A DNA stretch of 63,108 nt, filler included, from Rhabdomonas costata (GCA_019059605.1; 52 parts of 52 records of this genome joined end to end with filler, not necessarily neighbours in it); one strand, 5' to 3'. Positions 23,761-36,680 are shown, numbered from the whole stretch's first letter. Numbers and translations: made by a program. Notes: generated by a model not told the origin, from the sequence alone.

Positions 23761-24513
23761 CTGAATTGCAAACGGATCTTTTCTTCTTTTGGACCTTTCC
23801 ATCGCAACTTGTCCGGAAAGCATGGTATGCGTGCAGGAGTGTGTTGGGCGCATAGCGCGCTAAAGGTTGCCTGACGGGCTGCTGGTGACAGGTGTGGACT
23901 AAAGGGCACACGCCCTGTTGGACACGCCGGTGATTCGCGGGAGGTTTACCTTCGGAGTGAACGGTGCCGCGGGGTACCATTTCACCGCACAGTGCTCAAC
24001 GGGCAGTGACCTTCCTACTTCGAAACGGGTCGGCTTTTGTCCTGCAACCACCTTTCCCTCCGGCTGCACGCGTCACACCATTGCAGCTGTGTGTTGTAGA
24101 AGCGACGGGTCATTTTGCCGCCAACTTGAAAAAAGCAGCCTTCCTGAACTGGCAGGCCGTGTAAGGTATGGAAAGGTTGGGGTGTGGTCTGCCCCCTGCC
24201 CATGAATTCTGCACNNNNNNNNNNNNNNNNNNNNNNNNNNNNNNNNNNNNNNNNNNNNTTAATTAATTAANNNNNNNNNNNNNNNNNNNNNNNNNNNNNN
24301 NNNNNNNNNNNNNNTGTGGTGTGGTGGAAAAGGCAACTCGTCATCAGCTCGAGCTGTGCGTCACGACTTGCCTTTTCCACCACGCCGCAGGAAAACTATG
24401 TCAAACCCTCACAAAAGGCCGGCCCTAAGGCGGGCAAACGTGGTGAACCCCACACACCTGCACCAAGAATCTATGTTATAACGATGCGATAGCAAAGGCC
24501 CCCATGAAGGCAC

Positions 24514-25086
24514 CAGTGCAGCAGTCGTCCAGGGAGCAGGTCGCTGAAGAGCATGCGGTACTTGCAGCCTTCGCCGCGATGTAACCCCCGGGGCAGGTAT
24601 ATGTGCCGCAGGTTGGGAAGGCTGTGCGCGACACAGTAAGAGAAAGCCCAAGCTCTTGGCATTCTGAAACAATGCCAGTGCAAGACGATTTTCAGAATTG
24701 CAGGTGGCCTCGAAGATTTTAACCGAAACAATGACCTTTGACAGTTTTAAACATTCCACTCTCGAGCCGAAGCCTCCTTGTGCACGACCAAATCCACCGG
24801 ACGAAAGCATCTTCATCGGGTATGGTCTTTTAGCGGGGGGGGGGGCAAATCGCATCGTTCAATTTTTCAACTCAGCTCTGCAGCTCAGGTTTAACCTCAG
24901 CCCCTCCCCTTCTTTCCTTGCCCTCCTCCCTCGCCCTGAACAATGCCATGCGAAAGAATCCCAGGACGCTCAGCCAGGCACCTGTGCAGCACTCGTTGCG
25001 GGTGCAGCTTAGGGAGGAGCAGGTGGAGCTCGCAGCCTTCGCTGTGTAGCCCCCGGGGCAGGCGTAGCTGGTGCACTTCGGATTGG
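24514..25086 (-). CDS. Cys-rich tandem-repeat protein, one 6-Cys repeat per exon; exons 24982-25086 and 24514-24621
   Basis: Exons of 105 and 108 nt, phase 1-1, CAG acceptors and GTGCCT donors: NPKCTSYACPGGYTAKAASSTCSSLSCTRNECCT and FPTCGTYTCPGGYIAAKAASTACSSATCSLDDCCT. Confidence 0.8.
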
Positions 25087-26182
25087 CTGCGGATCAACAA
25101 AGGCAGGACAGAGGCAAGATGTGCAACCCAACCACCACATTTTACAGGAAAGGCAGGGGTGTAAACCTTTGCCGTACTTCTGCGCGGTTTCCCGTTCACT
25201 CGACCCTCACAACTGACCCTCACAACTCGGCACCAGCATTGACATCAGAGCTGGAACATCGAGGCAAGAAAGTCAGCGCAACAAACCATTCGAGAGAGAG
25301 AGAGAGAGAGACTGTGTAATAAGTGTGCGTATCTGATGTGCACTCGAAGTCCAGTCTCCCTCAGTAAATCAGATTGCAGCAGACAACGCTGGGGCCCATA
25401 AGGGGACAAACCCAACCAAACACACCCACANNNNNNNNNNNNNNNNNNNNNNNNNNNNNNNNNNNNNNNNNNNNTTAATTAATTAANNNNNNNNNNNNNN
25501 NNNNNNNNNNNNNNNNNNNNNNNNNNNNNNTGTGTTAGGGTGTTTGGGTTTGGTGGTTGTGGTTTTGGTTGTGGTGTTGGTGCTGGTGGGGTTGTGGGCC
25601 AAGGTGCTGTGGTGCTGTGGTGTCTCCTGAGGCTGTGGGTGCAAAGGGAATGGTGCGAGCAGCGTATGAGAGTTTGCATGCGCCTAGGCAGTAGCGGAGC
25701 AGGGTCAGAGCTGTCTGTGGGCATTGAACAGGTGTTTGGGTAGATCACGAAGATCACAGCGGAACACAGAAGGAGAAGGAGTGTACAGTTGGGGGCAAGC
25801 ATTCGTGGGGGTGCTGTGCTTGTATTTTTTTCAGGAGAGCCCGTTCTCATCCGGAATACCCGGGGGCTAAGCCGGAATGGCTTCCACTGTGGAATACCAT
25901 GAACAAAGAAAATCGTAAACTGAGGCAAAAGGTGCTTCAGATGAAGTGTGTTTTGCAATTGCGGGGGCAGCCTTGGCTTTTTGTCGGAATGGGTACCTCG
26001 TTACACCCGGAAATCGAGAGCTTAGTGGGAGACATTTTGAACTGAAGTTTTTGGCATGTTTTTATGACGCTGGGCTTGAGTAGCATATGCTCTCTCTTGG
26101 TGAATACGCAAGGTTTAAACTCTCGATTCACGTTGTAGCTGCTATAGCTGCTGCGGAAGCAATGAATATTTCCATCTATCAG

Positions 26183-26497
26183 AAATGTTCACGACGCCCA
26201 GTTGAAAGCTGTGCAAGAGGACTATTGGAAGGAACTTCAATCACAGCGATTAGCAGAAAAGGTTTTCGTTCTCGTTTACACCTCATTTTGTTTTACATCA
26301 AAACTTCTCTCTGATTACACATTCCTTCCTTCTCTTTTTTCACTTCTTTTCAGGATGCGGAAGTTATCGCTCTGCACAAGTTGAAGCAAGCACGAAGGAG
26401 AGATCCTTGGTTTCGCGATCAACTGAAAGATTTAGCTGACCAGAAGGAGAGGGACGAAGCTCTTCGTGTTATTGCCGTGGAAGAGCGGGAAAAGGAG
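26183..26497 (+). CDS. Coiled-coil protein fragment; exons 26183-26261 and 26354-26497
   Basis: In-frame join over a 92-nt GT-AG intron: HDAQLKAVQEDYWKELQSQRLAEK|DAEVIALHKLKQARRRDPWFRDQLKDLADQKERDEALRVIAVEEREKE. Confidence 0.55.
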
Positions 26498-27596
26498 GTT
26501 TCCAGCTTCCAAGCACAGGCATGCTTTGTTCTTAGGCCCGTTTGTATTTTTTCCAGTCCCGGCACTTGGGAGTAGTTGTCTGATAACAATTCCGCTTGGT
26601 ACTTGTGGTGCAGTTGGGGAGGGGGAGAGTTTTCAGACAAACACCCNNNNNNNNNNNNNNNNNNNNNNNNNNNNNNNNNNNNNNNNNNNNTTAATTAATT
26701 AANNNNNNNNNNNNNNNNNNNNNNNNNNNNNNNNNNNNNNNNNNNNTGTGTGTGTGTGTATGTGTTTGACAAACTCCCTGGTCAACTCTGCGAAAGGATG
26801 CCGTTCAATCCACAAATCAGCCTGTCTTGTTTTCTGTTTTTCATTTCTTTTCAGCCATGTTTTATCGTTGGACTGCGATTTCAGATGCAATTTGTAAGGT
26901 CAGGTGAAGCAACAACAACAACAACAGTTTGATGCTCACATGGGGGCATGTCTCGAATTTTACTGCGATCAAGGGCGGAAAAATTCGGCCCTGTTGTGGT
27001 GAGCTGTTATTTCTGGCCTGGTCTGGTGATCATGGCACCGCAAATTGTTGATAAGTTTTATCGATAGTGGGTATTTCTTTCCCTGTCCGATAAGCTGCGG
27101 TTTCAGTGGGATTTTGCCTGCCTAAAAATCTAAGGTTGCTTACACATGCTTACACATGACAAAAGGGATCCTCTCCAAAGTTAAAAATGGCAAATAATGC
27201 CCAAACTTTCTGGCACTCACTGCCCTTTTTTGACCCGAAGACATAGTTTTGCAGTTTCTGAATCTACAGGAGCCCCAAAAAAGTTCAAATTTGACCTAAA
27301 CGACCATAAAATGCTCGAAATGAGCCAAAATCAGGCCAAAAATTAGCCGAAAATAGACAGCAATAGCCCAAAATAGGCTAACATAGGCAAAGACAGCCTT
27401 TTTGCTCATAAAATACCATCTGGGTCTTCAATTTAGTCCCCTTTCCCCCGAAAAGCCCTGCTGAGTAGGCGCAGTTTTTGTCCCAACACTGACCCACGAG
27501 AAGAAGAGGGGACAAAGATGCTGAATCATTTGCCTTTTTAGGTTCCTTTTCAGAGTTTTGTCACATCTGGATCCAACTCGGGTTATTCTGCCTCAG

Positions 27597-27862
27597 GTCA
27601 AGGATTCCAAGTCAAGGCATTCTGTCCGTCGCTCCGGCTCCAATGACGACAGCTCGGTCGCCTCCGAGAAGCGGTCGAAAAAGAAGGACAGGGACAGGGA
27701 GAAGGGAAAGGGAAAGGATAAGCACAAACACAAGTCGAAGAAGCACAAGCACAAGAAGGACAAGGACCCCGAGAGAAAGAAAGATAAAGGGGACAAGGAA
27801 AAGAAGGAGAAAAAGGAGCACCGCAGCAAAGCGGAGCCCCCTGCTTCACGACCCGCCAACAA
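27597..27862 (+). CDS. Lys/Asp/His-rich low-complexity exon (probable nuclear protein)
   Basis: cctcAG acceptor, then KRSKKKDRDREKGKGKDKHKHKSKKHKHKKDKD... open to the contig end. Confidence 0.6.
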
Positions 27863-30800
27863 NNNNNNNNNNNNNNNNNNNNNNNNNNNNNNNNNNNNNN
27901 NNNNNNTTAATTAATTAANNNNNNNNNNNNNNNNNNNNNNNNNNNNNNNNNNNNNNNNNNNNGGGTTTTTGTTTGAACTCGCTCCTATTTTTTCGGTTGC
28001 TGAGCATCGCTAATTCCAGCCGTAGAAGTACCCTTCGGGCTTTCCTATATGTAATCAGAATGGAATGTTTTGCGGGGCTTGAATAATGGCAGAACGTGGA
28101 AAACTGGGAAAAGGTGCGGCGCCCAGGTAAACAGCATTGCCGCACTGACACGTGTAAGGCCACGTCCCAAACGCCTCCGACGGACGGCAGTAGCTATAAA
28201 TGTTTGTTTAGGCAAATGGAATCACTCCAGTTCCCGTTCTACAAATGTCCACGTTCGCTCCTGATAAAGTGGCCCCTATTTCCCACATCGGAAGTGGTGG
28301 TTGATTGACTTCAATTGCTTTAAAATGGAGCAACGGCCCAGCAACACCACGTGGGGTCTTGTTCCCATCACAGGTCCACAGTGAGCATTTACACCAGAGC
28401 AGCAAAGAAGACAAAACACAACGGCAGCAAACGGGAACCCAACGAGCGGAATGCCGCGGTGGGACAAAAAGTGTTTCCCCACCGCGGGACGCATGTCGCG
28501 AGCCCCAGCTCACCGAGTAATAGGCTCAAAAGGGCGCAGACGTGGGGAGGGGGCACGCATACGACAAACTGTACTCTTTGGCTTTTTACAGGGCAGCGCC
28601 ATAGGAAAAGAGGCGCCCGGAGCGGCTGCTCGGCAGAGACTTTCCCTTGGCGCACAGTGTCTCGAAAAGACGGTACATCGAGGGCAACGATAGAGATACA
28701 GCAGAAGAAGGGAGTGGAAAAGTAGGCAAGAGGCCCGAACGACGGAAATCACTGCGGGGGTAAAATGACGGAGTCGCTGCACCGTCGACTGAAAAAAGCA
28801 GCGGTCGTCGGCATGCGCGCAGTGCGGAGGGGAGGAGATGCGATCTGGAGAGCTCATAACCTTGGGGTAACTTCGATATCTTCGTAGGGTGCAGGTTGCC
28901 GCACGCCGACCACATTGTTGTTCTTCAATGCCTATGCAAACAAACATACATACAGAGAAACCCAGAGAAACGGTTTCCACAAGGCACAAGGCACAAGGCG
29001 TTCTCGACGCCTAATTGAAATGGAGCACAGGACCAGACCCCCTCCGCCAGAATTGAAGGAGGCAGGGCAACACAAACANNNNNNNNNNNNNNNNNNNNNN
29101 NNNNNNNNNNNNNNNNNNNNNNTTAATTAATTAANNNNNNNNNNNNNNNNNNNNNNNNNNNNNNNNNNNNNNNNNNNNTGGGGTGGACTGGCTGGCCAAC
29201 TCTGCCAACATGACGGTCAGTGGGGCCCCCTACAACGCCACGATGCGGGTGCGTTCTGAAATTCTTGTGATGCACATGCGATGCAATCCTGTAGAGCTTC
29301 CCTAGCCACGGTTCCGGGCTGGGTATGGAGGTGTCCTGTCATAACTTGTTCTTTGTTGTGTCATTCTTGTTCTTTGCTGTTAGGTTGCACACCTAGTGCT
29401 TTTTTACAGGTTAGGTACCAGAGGGATGTACAGGGTAGCCAATTTGGCCTTTTTTACTTTCGTAAAATAACGTAGAAAAAACGTGGAAGCGTAAAATCCA
29501 GGGTTCCCCAAAAACCAAAAAATCGTAAACTATCATTATAAATAAACGTAAATATAAAGTTTTCGTAAGATGATGCAGTAGAAATCGATCTTGGTCTCAT
29601 ATGGGGTGTGGGGGGTGGACATGGTCAGGAAAGCTTTTTTTTCAGGTTTTTGGACTCTTCGCTCATCTTGTTAGTAAAATTTTGTTTTGTGTTCATGTAA
29701 AACTGGGTCCTGTGTGGTGTCCTGTTTGGTTCATAGTGTTGGCGTTCTTGCATTTGCAACGCTGCAACAGTAGTGGTGTCTTGAGCTTGAATCACCAAGA
29801 ACTGGAGCACCACCAGCACCACCTAGGACGATGCAATACTCCGTAGACGCAATAAGACCAAAGCCAACCCAGTCAGCTCACTCACATACCCAGACACAAG
29901 GTCGGATTCGCTTTCCGACAGTTTAGAAGGAATACGAAAACCCTCAAGCACACCCAACGGCAACGGCACCAGTGAACCATGGCCTCCCACACAACAGGCT
30001 GCCTACACCCATGCACCAAAGAAGAACTCGTGGACCTTCCTTTGCACGAATGTGGAAACACTGGAAACACTGTGTGGGCCATGTGCCTCTGACGGTCGTG
30101 ATAGAACGCTTTTTATCGGTATCCCATTTTGATTTTTGTTTCCACGTGGTTTAATTAGCCTTGTTTTAACTTTGCTGGAAAATCGTCAAAGTCAAACCGC
30201 AAAAAAAAAAAGTAAAATTCGTCAAAAAAAAATCGCAAAAAAAAAATCGTAAAAGTTGTATAAAAAAATTTCCCAAAAACGATCCCAAAAAACCNNNNNN
30301 NNNNNNNNNNNNNNNNNNNNNNNNNNNNNNNNNNNNNNTTAATTAATTAANNNNNNNNNNNNNNNNNNNNNNNNNNNNNNNNNNNNNNNNNNNNGTTTTT
30401 TTGTGTCCACTTCCCATCCCTTATAAATGAAAAGGGTCGCAGCTTTGTTGCTGGCTCCCAACTCGCCTTTCTTAATGGCTCTGCGCACTTAGGATATGGA
30501 GTCGTACCTCATCCCTCGCACGTCCGAGATCAACTTCCAGCAGCTTCTGGTCTGCCTTTCCTTCGGTTCCTCGTTCTCTGAATTGATGTAGTTCTGGGGC
30601 AGAGTTGGGTTGGGCTTGGGGCAGAGTAACGAGCAGTCGCACACACCCACACCCGTGCATTACGTACATCTGCCGCGGCGCGAGCAGCGAGAGGCTCACC
30701 CCCACCCTCATCGGTCAACCCAAACCGTGCCCGCGGCATTCGCACCAGCAGTGACGGTAGCCAACTAGCTCCAACGAACGCAGTGATTCATGGTAAAAAC

Positions 30801-32268
30801 TGTTTTTGCCCCCACCCTCCCCTGCAAAAAGGCGGAATTTTATATGCGTAGCAGTTCCGCTGCGCTCCTTGGCCCAAGACATCCTACGAAAACGCCTGGG
30901 ATAATGTGTATCGCCTCTTAACCCTTGCGAAAGGTTCTGGAATCCCGGGGCGTGGGCGTCGTTACCTACCCCCCTGTCAGTGTGCTATCGGCTCTAACTC
31001 CCTGTGAATCTTCTTGTGGAACCGCAGAGGGCTTCTGCATCGCCCTCTAATCCCTGCCACTCTTTTGTCGGTCAGAATTACAGGGGAAATGTGCACCCCA
31101 AAAAAAACATTTGAGAGGGGGCCCAAAAAATACTTGACCCCCATTTCTTCGTGTTCCTCTTTCAGGAGCAGCAAGCCGACCTTCTGATTGGCGCCACCCG
31201 CGCCTTCCTGAAGCAAATCCCCCGATCCATCACCTCCTCAGCCAAGACCAACAAGACACTCCAAATGAAGGTGCCCCCCTCCTCCAAAGTACCCACATGC
31301 CACCCACCTCCCTGGCCTGTATGCGGTAGGCCGTAAAACGTTTGGCAAGCGTACGTTAAAGAGTGGTAAACAGTCCACCCTGTGGACGTCCCATCCTGTC
31401 CGCCCGCTCCACCCGCGCCGGCTGCGGCGCTGGCCTTCACACCCAAAGTAATATTGTCCCATTTATCGCCCAAGACCAGAAACGACAATTCCCAACATTC
31501 ACAAAACCCCNNNNNNNNNNNNNNNNNNNNNNNNNNNNNNNNNNNNNNNNNNNNTTAATTAATTAANNNNNNNNNNNNNNNNNNNNNNNNNNNNNNNNNN
31601 NNNNNNNNNNTGTGGGGTTGAAGTAGAACTGGTTTCGCTTCTGTGGAGGGCAAAGTGGTTTCTTTTCGGTTTCCTGGTGTGCACGGATTAGGGGAGCTTA
31701 CGGAAGGGCCTCCGCAGGCTCGGAGGCCGATGTGGCCCTGCTTTCCGCCACTCTGTTCATCGGGGGAACTTTATTGCCTGTCTTGAAGTGGTCATGGCTG
31801 GAGACTGGTTCGTGCTGTTTCCTTTCCCATTCCCTTCCCTTCCCTTCTCTTCGTCCCGTTCCCCTTCAAGTGTCGAATGGTCGGCAGATATCTGTCTTCA
31901 GCTTTGTTGTGGTGGGGCTTTGACCCTCCGCGTGGTCGCAGTATGGCCAAGTCCAAGGTTCTCAATGTCCTGAGCTTGTCTGATAAAAAATAGTTCGTGA
32001 CCTTTTCCAGGTGATAAACCTGTCTTTGTTTGAATGAGTGGTTGGGTGTTTGGTTCTTCTGGTTATTTCACATCATCGAACGGGGGACGAAGAGATCAAA
32101 ATGAGGTGGGCCTTTATTCATTCACAGGAGAGGCTTCAGCCTTTCACTGGGCTCTGCCTCAGCCGATGCACAGCCAAAACCACACAAGGCACAGACAGCG
32201 ACCATATATACCACTTACTCAGGGTGATCTCATGTACTTGCACACCGCGTGCATATCTGTATGTGCAG

Positions 32269-32385
32269 GGAGGGCTTCCCTGACCTTCCAGCCCCAGACC
32301 CAGGGCACTCTCACAGTGCAGGTGCAGTACAACAGCACCAACATCACCAACGCCTTTTCCGGAGGGCTAACTGTGGCCGGCACAG
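32269..32385 (+). CDS. Filamin/Ig-like repeat exon
   Basis: 117-nt phase 1-1 exon: RASLTFQPQTQGTLTVQVQYNSTNITNAFSGGLTVAG, similar to the filamin repeat pattern xFxPxxxGxxxVxVxYxxxxI. Confidence 0.45.
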
Positions 32386-32857
32386 GTGTGTGGTTGTTGC
32401 CTGTGGGGCAGCAGAGATGCAGGTGCAAAGGCCAAAGCATCCTCACCTTTCAGGTGCCAAGTGTTGAGTTGGTTCGTTGTATGGTAGAAACACTATACCA
32501 AAACCAGGCAAATGTGATTCCAATTCTGAAAGACAAATGCCGCTGCAGCCGTCAAGGTTTTAACAGAAACCTCAAGCCTTTACAACGCTCATGCCGTGCT
32601 TATTTGTATAATTTTTCAAAAGAAGCACAGAGCCGATCTCTGTTGCCGGTCTCCACAAACTTGTCGCTCGTCACACCTATTTCCCCAACCTCGACGTATT
32701 CACTGCACTAAAATTGCCCACAACAANNNNNNNNNNNNNNNNNNNNNNNNNNNNNNNNNNNNNNNNNNNNTTAATTAATTAANNNNNNNNNNNNNNNNNN
32801 NNNNNNNNNNNNNNNNNNNNNNNNNNGGTTTGTGTGGAACAAACTTCGGTTTTGCAG

Positions 32858-33177
32858 TCTCCACGCTGGAGCCCTTTGAGGTCATTCTGAGCACCGACAC
32901 AGTGTACGCCCCTCGTGCGGTGCAGGCCCTAATGCGGATTCTGCTCGCCCTATTGGCTCCTCCTTCATCCCATGCGGTGGCCTACCTCGCCGCACAGACA
33001 TGCTACTTTGGCTGCGGCGGGGGAGCGGCGGTGTTTCGCGAGGCGGCACGGGTGGACGGGCGACTGGAGGTTCGGCAGGAGAGGAAGTCCTCCGAGGGGC
33101 TTCCTCGGGAAGTGGTGTCTGTCCGCTGGAAAAGCGAGAGTCCTCGCACAGACACAGCTACTGCGTACACAACATAG
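32858..33177 (+). CDS. METTL18: Histidine protein methyltransferase METTL18/HPM1, terminal exon
   Basis: FEVILSTDTVY...AYLAAQTCYFGCGGG...EGLPREVV matches the METTL18 C-terminal motifs (ILxSETxY; LAAKxxYFGxGGG; GxxRE). Stop at 33175-33177. Confidence 0.8.
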
Positions 33178-33759
33178 AACCCCGCCCATTGTGCGGTGGC
33201 TCGCCGGGAAGGCGTCATCACCAGCGTTGCTGCTTGGGTGGGGTGGGTGCCTTCAGTCTTTTTTTAAAGAACAACCTCCGTTGGCTTTCGGAGTTAGGGA
33301 GCTTTGCAGTGATGAATGAGTAGCAGACTATCAACTAAGGTCGCAGCGAAGGGTGTGGGAGTGCTGCGAAGATGAAAAGGTGGAAGGATTGGGAACGCTT
33401 TTGCGAGTAATTGTGTGTCACGAACTTTTCCAACACGCTTCATTCAGCTCTCTCGTAAAGGACCCCGAAGATTGTGGGGCGCAGGTTGCTGCGGTGGTAC
33501 ATGTATCCCAACCACCACCCCGTTCCAGATCCAGACTGGCCATCCCAGCCACCCAATTTCTTTTCGTGCCCAATTGGTTGTTTTTTTTACAACGCATATC
33601 CCCAAGTGCCTTTTACCATGCACAAAACAGCAAGAATCGCTTCACAGCGGTCTCGTCTTTTCCTGTCCGTTTGTGCAGAGCCCAGCGTGCAGCTGCAGCT
33701 GGTTACTTTTTTTGTTCTAGACTTCACACACAGAACTAGAGTGGCGCCGAAGCCTTTGC

Positions 33760-33807
33760 ACTAACCCTTCTCCTGTCGCCCCACCTTCTCTTTCATCTCC
33801 CCCTTAG
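33760..33807 (+). promoter_or_regulatory. Branch point, polypyrimidine tract and AG acceptor upstream of an ATG (candidate trans-splice site)
   Basis: CACTAAC is followed by ~40 nt of mostly pyrimidines ending TAG at 33807. An in-frame TAA lies between it and the ATG at 33841. Confidence 0.5.
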
Positions 33808-33840
33808 ATAGGCTAACATAAGCGGTGTGCAGTCGAAACG

Positions 33841-33942
33841 ATGCCTGGGGAGTTTTCGCAGCGCTTCTCCAGGCGCCAGACCCAGAAGATGGTGGCCTGC
33901 CTGCTGTACTGGTCCGTGGTGTGGCTGTACTGCACCTACCAG
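33841..33942 (+). CDS. N-terminus of a protein with a hydrophobic (signal-anchor-like) segment
   Basis: MPGEFSQRFSRRQTQKMVACLLYWSVVWLYCTYQ with GC-rich third positions, open to the contig end. Confidence 0.45.
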
Positions 33943-34042
33943 NNNNNNNNNNNNNNNNNNNNNNNNNNNNNNNNNNNNNNNNNNNNTTAATTAATTAANN
34001 NNNNNNNNNNNNNNNNNNNNNNNNNNNNNNNNNNNNNNNNNN

Positions 34043-34380
34043 TCAAGTCTGCTGGGCAAGTGCCGGGGCTGATGTACTTTTTGGGGGTAGTTATTAAAAA
34101 ATGGGCATCTTGGGGGGGGTTGTGAGGGGCAGCGGTGCACGGTGTTTTTTGCGGACTCCACACGTCACAGGGCAAATTCTTGGGCTGTGTCGACCCCGCC
34201 CCCGCTATTCACCCGTGAACGGGGTTGACGGGGTTGCGTTTGCTTCTGGGCGGTGAGCCTTCGCCATGCAACAAACTTCGGAACGGACCCAACGGCAGCA
34301 GAGCCCCCCCCAAGATGCCCATTTTTTAATAACTACCCCCAAAAAGTACATCAGCCCCGGCACTTGCCCAGCAGACTTGA
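34043..34380. repeat. Perfect ~77-bp inverted repeat anchored at the contig start (probable amplification fold-back chimera)
   Basis: 34043-~34118 is the reverse complement of ~34304-34380. Confidence 0.85.
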
Positions 34381-36680
34381 GCGAAAGATCAGGGAGACAC
34401 CAGAAAAGCGACACATCCGCTCCACCATAGTCCGCGCCCCACACTCGCACACGCTCAAACACAGACTCGCAGCCGTTGGATTGCTGGGGTTTTCGTCGGC
34501 TCCTACGGACACAGGAAGGACGAAGGAAAGGCTCGCAGGTGCGTTTCAACGAGATAAGCCCCCCTCCATCCCAAAAAGTAGTGGTCGAGGCTCACAGAGC
34601 AGTGCAGCAATGGAAAACCGCCGTTAGCCGATGGAAAAGGTAGCTGTGCGACAAAGGCCCGGGACCGGTGGGGAAGAAGGGAGGTAACTCCATTTGGAAC
34701 GCTTGGCGTGAAACCACGGCGCTTACCAACAGTCAACCAGGCAATCCGCCAGCGCGCTAACTCGCGCAGTTTCATACAGGGTCACTGACTTCTTCTTCCC
34801 TTACTTGGACTCAGGTCTACAGCACGGTCAACGGGGCGCAGCGGGTCCTGCACCCGGCAACCCCCCAGCCTTCCCTGGTCTCGGGCGCGCTGGTGTCTCT
34901 GGGGGGGTTCCTGTGGTGCTTCGGCGGGTTGTCCTCCATGCAGGGCTGCCTCTTGTCCTCGGATGGGGTGTCTTGGGGATCCTGCCCGCAGACTGTGCCT
35001 GGTCCTATCAAGGGTTTCGGTGTCGGGGCTTTGGGTTCCGGGATTCTCACCACTGGGGGAGCCAGGAACGAAGACGACCGGTTGGCGGATGCGGCGTACG
35101 CGTTGGTCGGTGTGGCCACCCACCCACATATACATGTACGCAGTCTTTAAGTCCGAAGNNNNNNNNNNNNNNNNNNNNNNNNNNNNNNNNNNNNNNNNNN
35201 NNTTAATTAATTAANNNNNNNNNNNNNNNNNNNNNNNNNNNNNNNNNNNNNNNNNNNNCTGTATTGTCCAAGTTTGCGTATCAGGCTGAAAAAGTATGAA
35301 CAAAAAACTTTGGTACAAAGTTGACATACTCTAAAAAGGCCTGCAGCAACAGTTCATCGACAGGTTTGAATCCTGCGGGATAAAAATAATGACACGCTTC
35401 CCGAAATGGACGAAACATCGCATCGCCAAGCGGATTTCGAGACAAAGACCCGTTCTGTTTTGCGAAAGATAAAAGGTCATAAAACAAAGCTAAAGTCCGC
35501 CACTGGTACTGGTTCGCTTTTCGGCTGTTTTCTGGCTGGTGAGGGTACCAGAAATAAGGCGAGCATTACGCCTAGAAATCAACCACAACAAATCGGTGCG
35601 TGGCGTTTGCAGCTTGCGTTGTTGGATTGCCTGCGGTTTGGCGGTCAGGTTCAGGCGTACTCCGCCTGACACACAGACTCCTGGAGTCAAATAGAGCACA
35701 TGTCCGCAACCCACGAGCCCATCTCGATGACCCTATAAGCGCATTCCACATACTACTCTACCTCGTGGCCACAGTCCCCCTTGTGTGAAGGCTAGGTATC
35801 CCCATTATTGGGTGCTGGGATGTCTAAGCAACGAGGGTGAGCACACTCACCTGCAGCCGCATCGATGACAAGAAAAAGGTGCTTCAGATTCTTGCGACCC
35901 ACGTAGCTCATCATCTGCGAGAAAAAAGATCAAAACGTAAGCACCAGGAGGAAACAGACGGAAGAATACACGTTTGCTATTTGGGACGGCAGCAGCAAAA
36001 ACCATGGAAAAAGGAAACAGTGTGCCAATATGGCGACGAAGGAAGGCGGACCCAACAGAACAGCACCAGGTTCATCGGAGGAAAGATCTTCTCTCGATTC
36101 CACGGGTCGTCATCATACCGGTACCCTGAGCACAACATGCATAACGGCGGGGAACCGCGCCAGTCAAAAAGCCTCCAGCGCAACGGGCTTGGACTGTTCC
36201 AAAGGTGCAGCAACGGCAAGTGTCCGAAATTCCATGCACACCAGTTAATTCCCTTTAACTCCATTTAAAATCCAAGCTACAAGAAGGGTTTGGTTCAGAA
36301 ATCGGTGCCCACTTCATTTAACTCCATTTAACTCCATCCATAACCTGTAAAACAGACACCGCCCAAAACACAACNNNNNNNNNNNNNNNNNNNNNNNNNN
36401 NNNNNNNNNNNNNNNNNNTTAATTAATTAANNNNNNNNNNNNNNNNNNNNNNNNNNNNNNNNNNNNNNNNNNNNGTTTTTTGTGCAGACTTCCGTGTTGC
36501 TTTGACGCTTGGGAGAGTCTATGATGAGTCAAAATTCCGTTCCATATTTTGCCGTCTGAAATTTTCCGTTTCAGGTCCTTTTGCATTTAATTTTCAGACT
36601 CGTGCCCCAAGCAAAGGTTGGATGAGGGTTTTTTTTACCCCAGAAAAGGGTGGAGGGGCTTTCTCCATTCTCTCTCACAG

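Noticed and set aside
25531-25620. G/T-rich tract resembling a telomere or a Gly/Val-rich ORF
   Set aside because: There is no fixed repeat unit, and it sits at a contig start, consistent with concatenated amplification primer.
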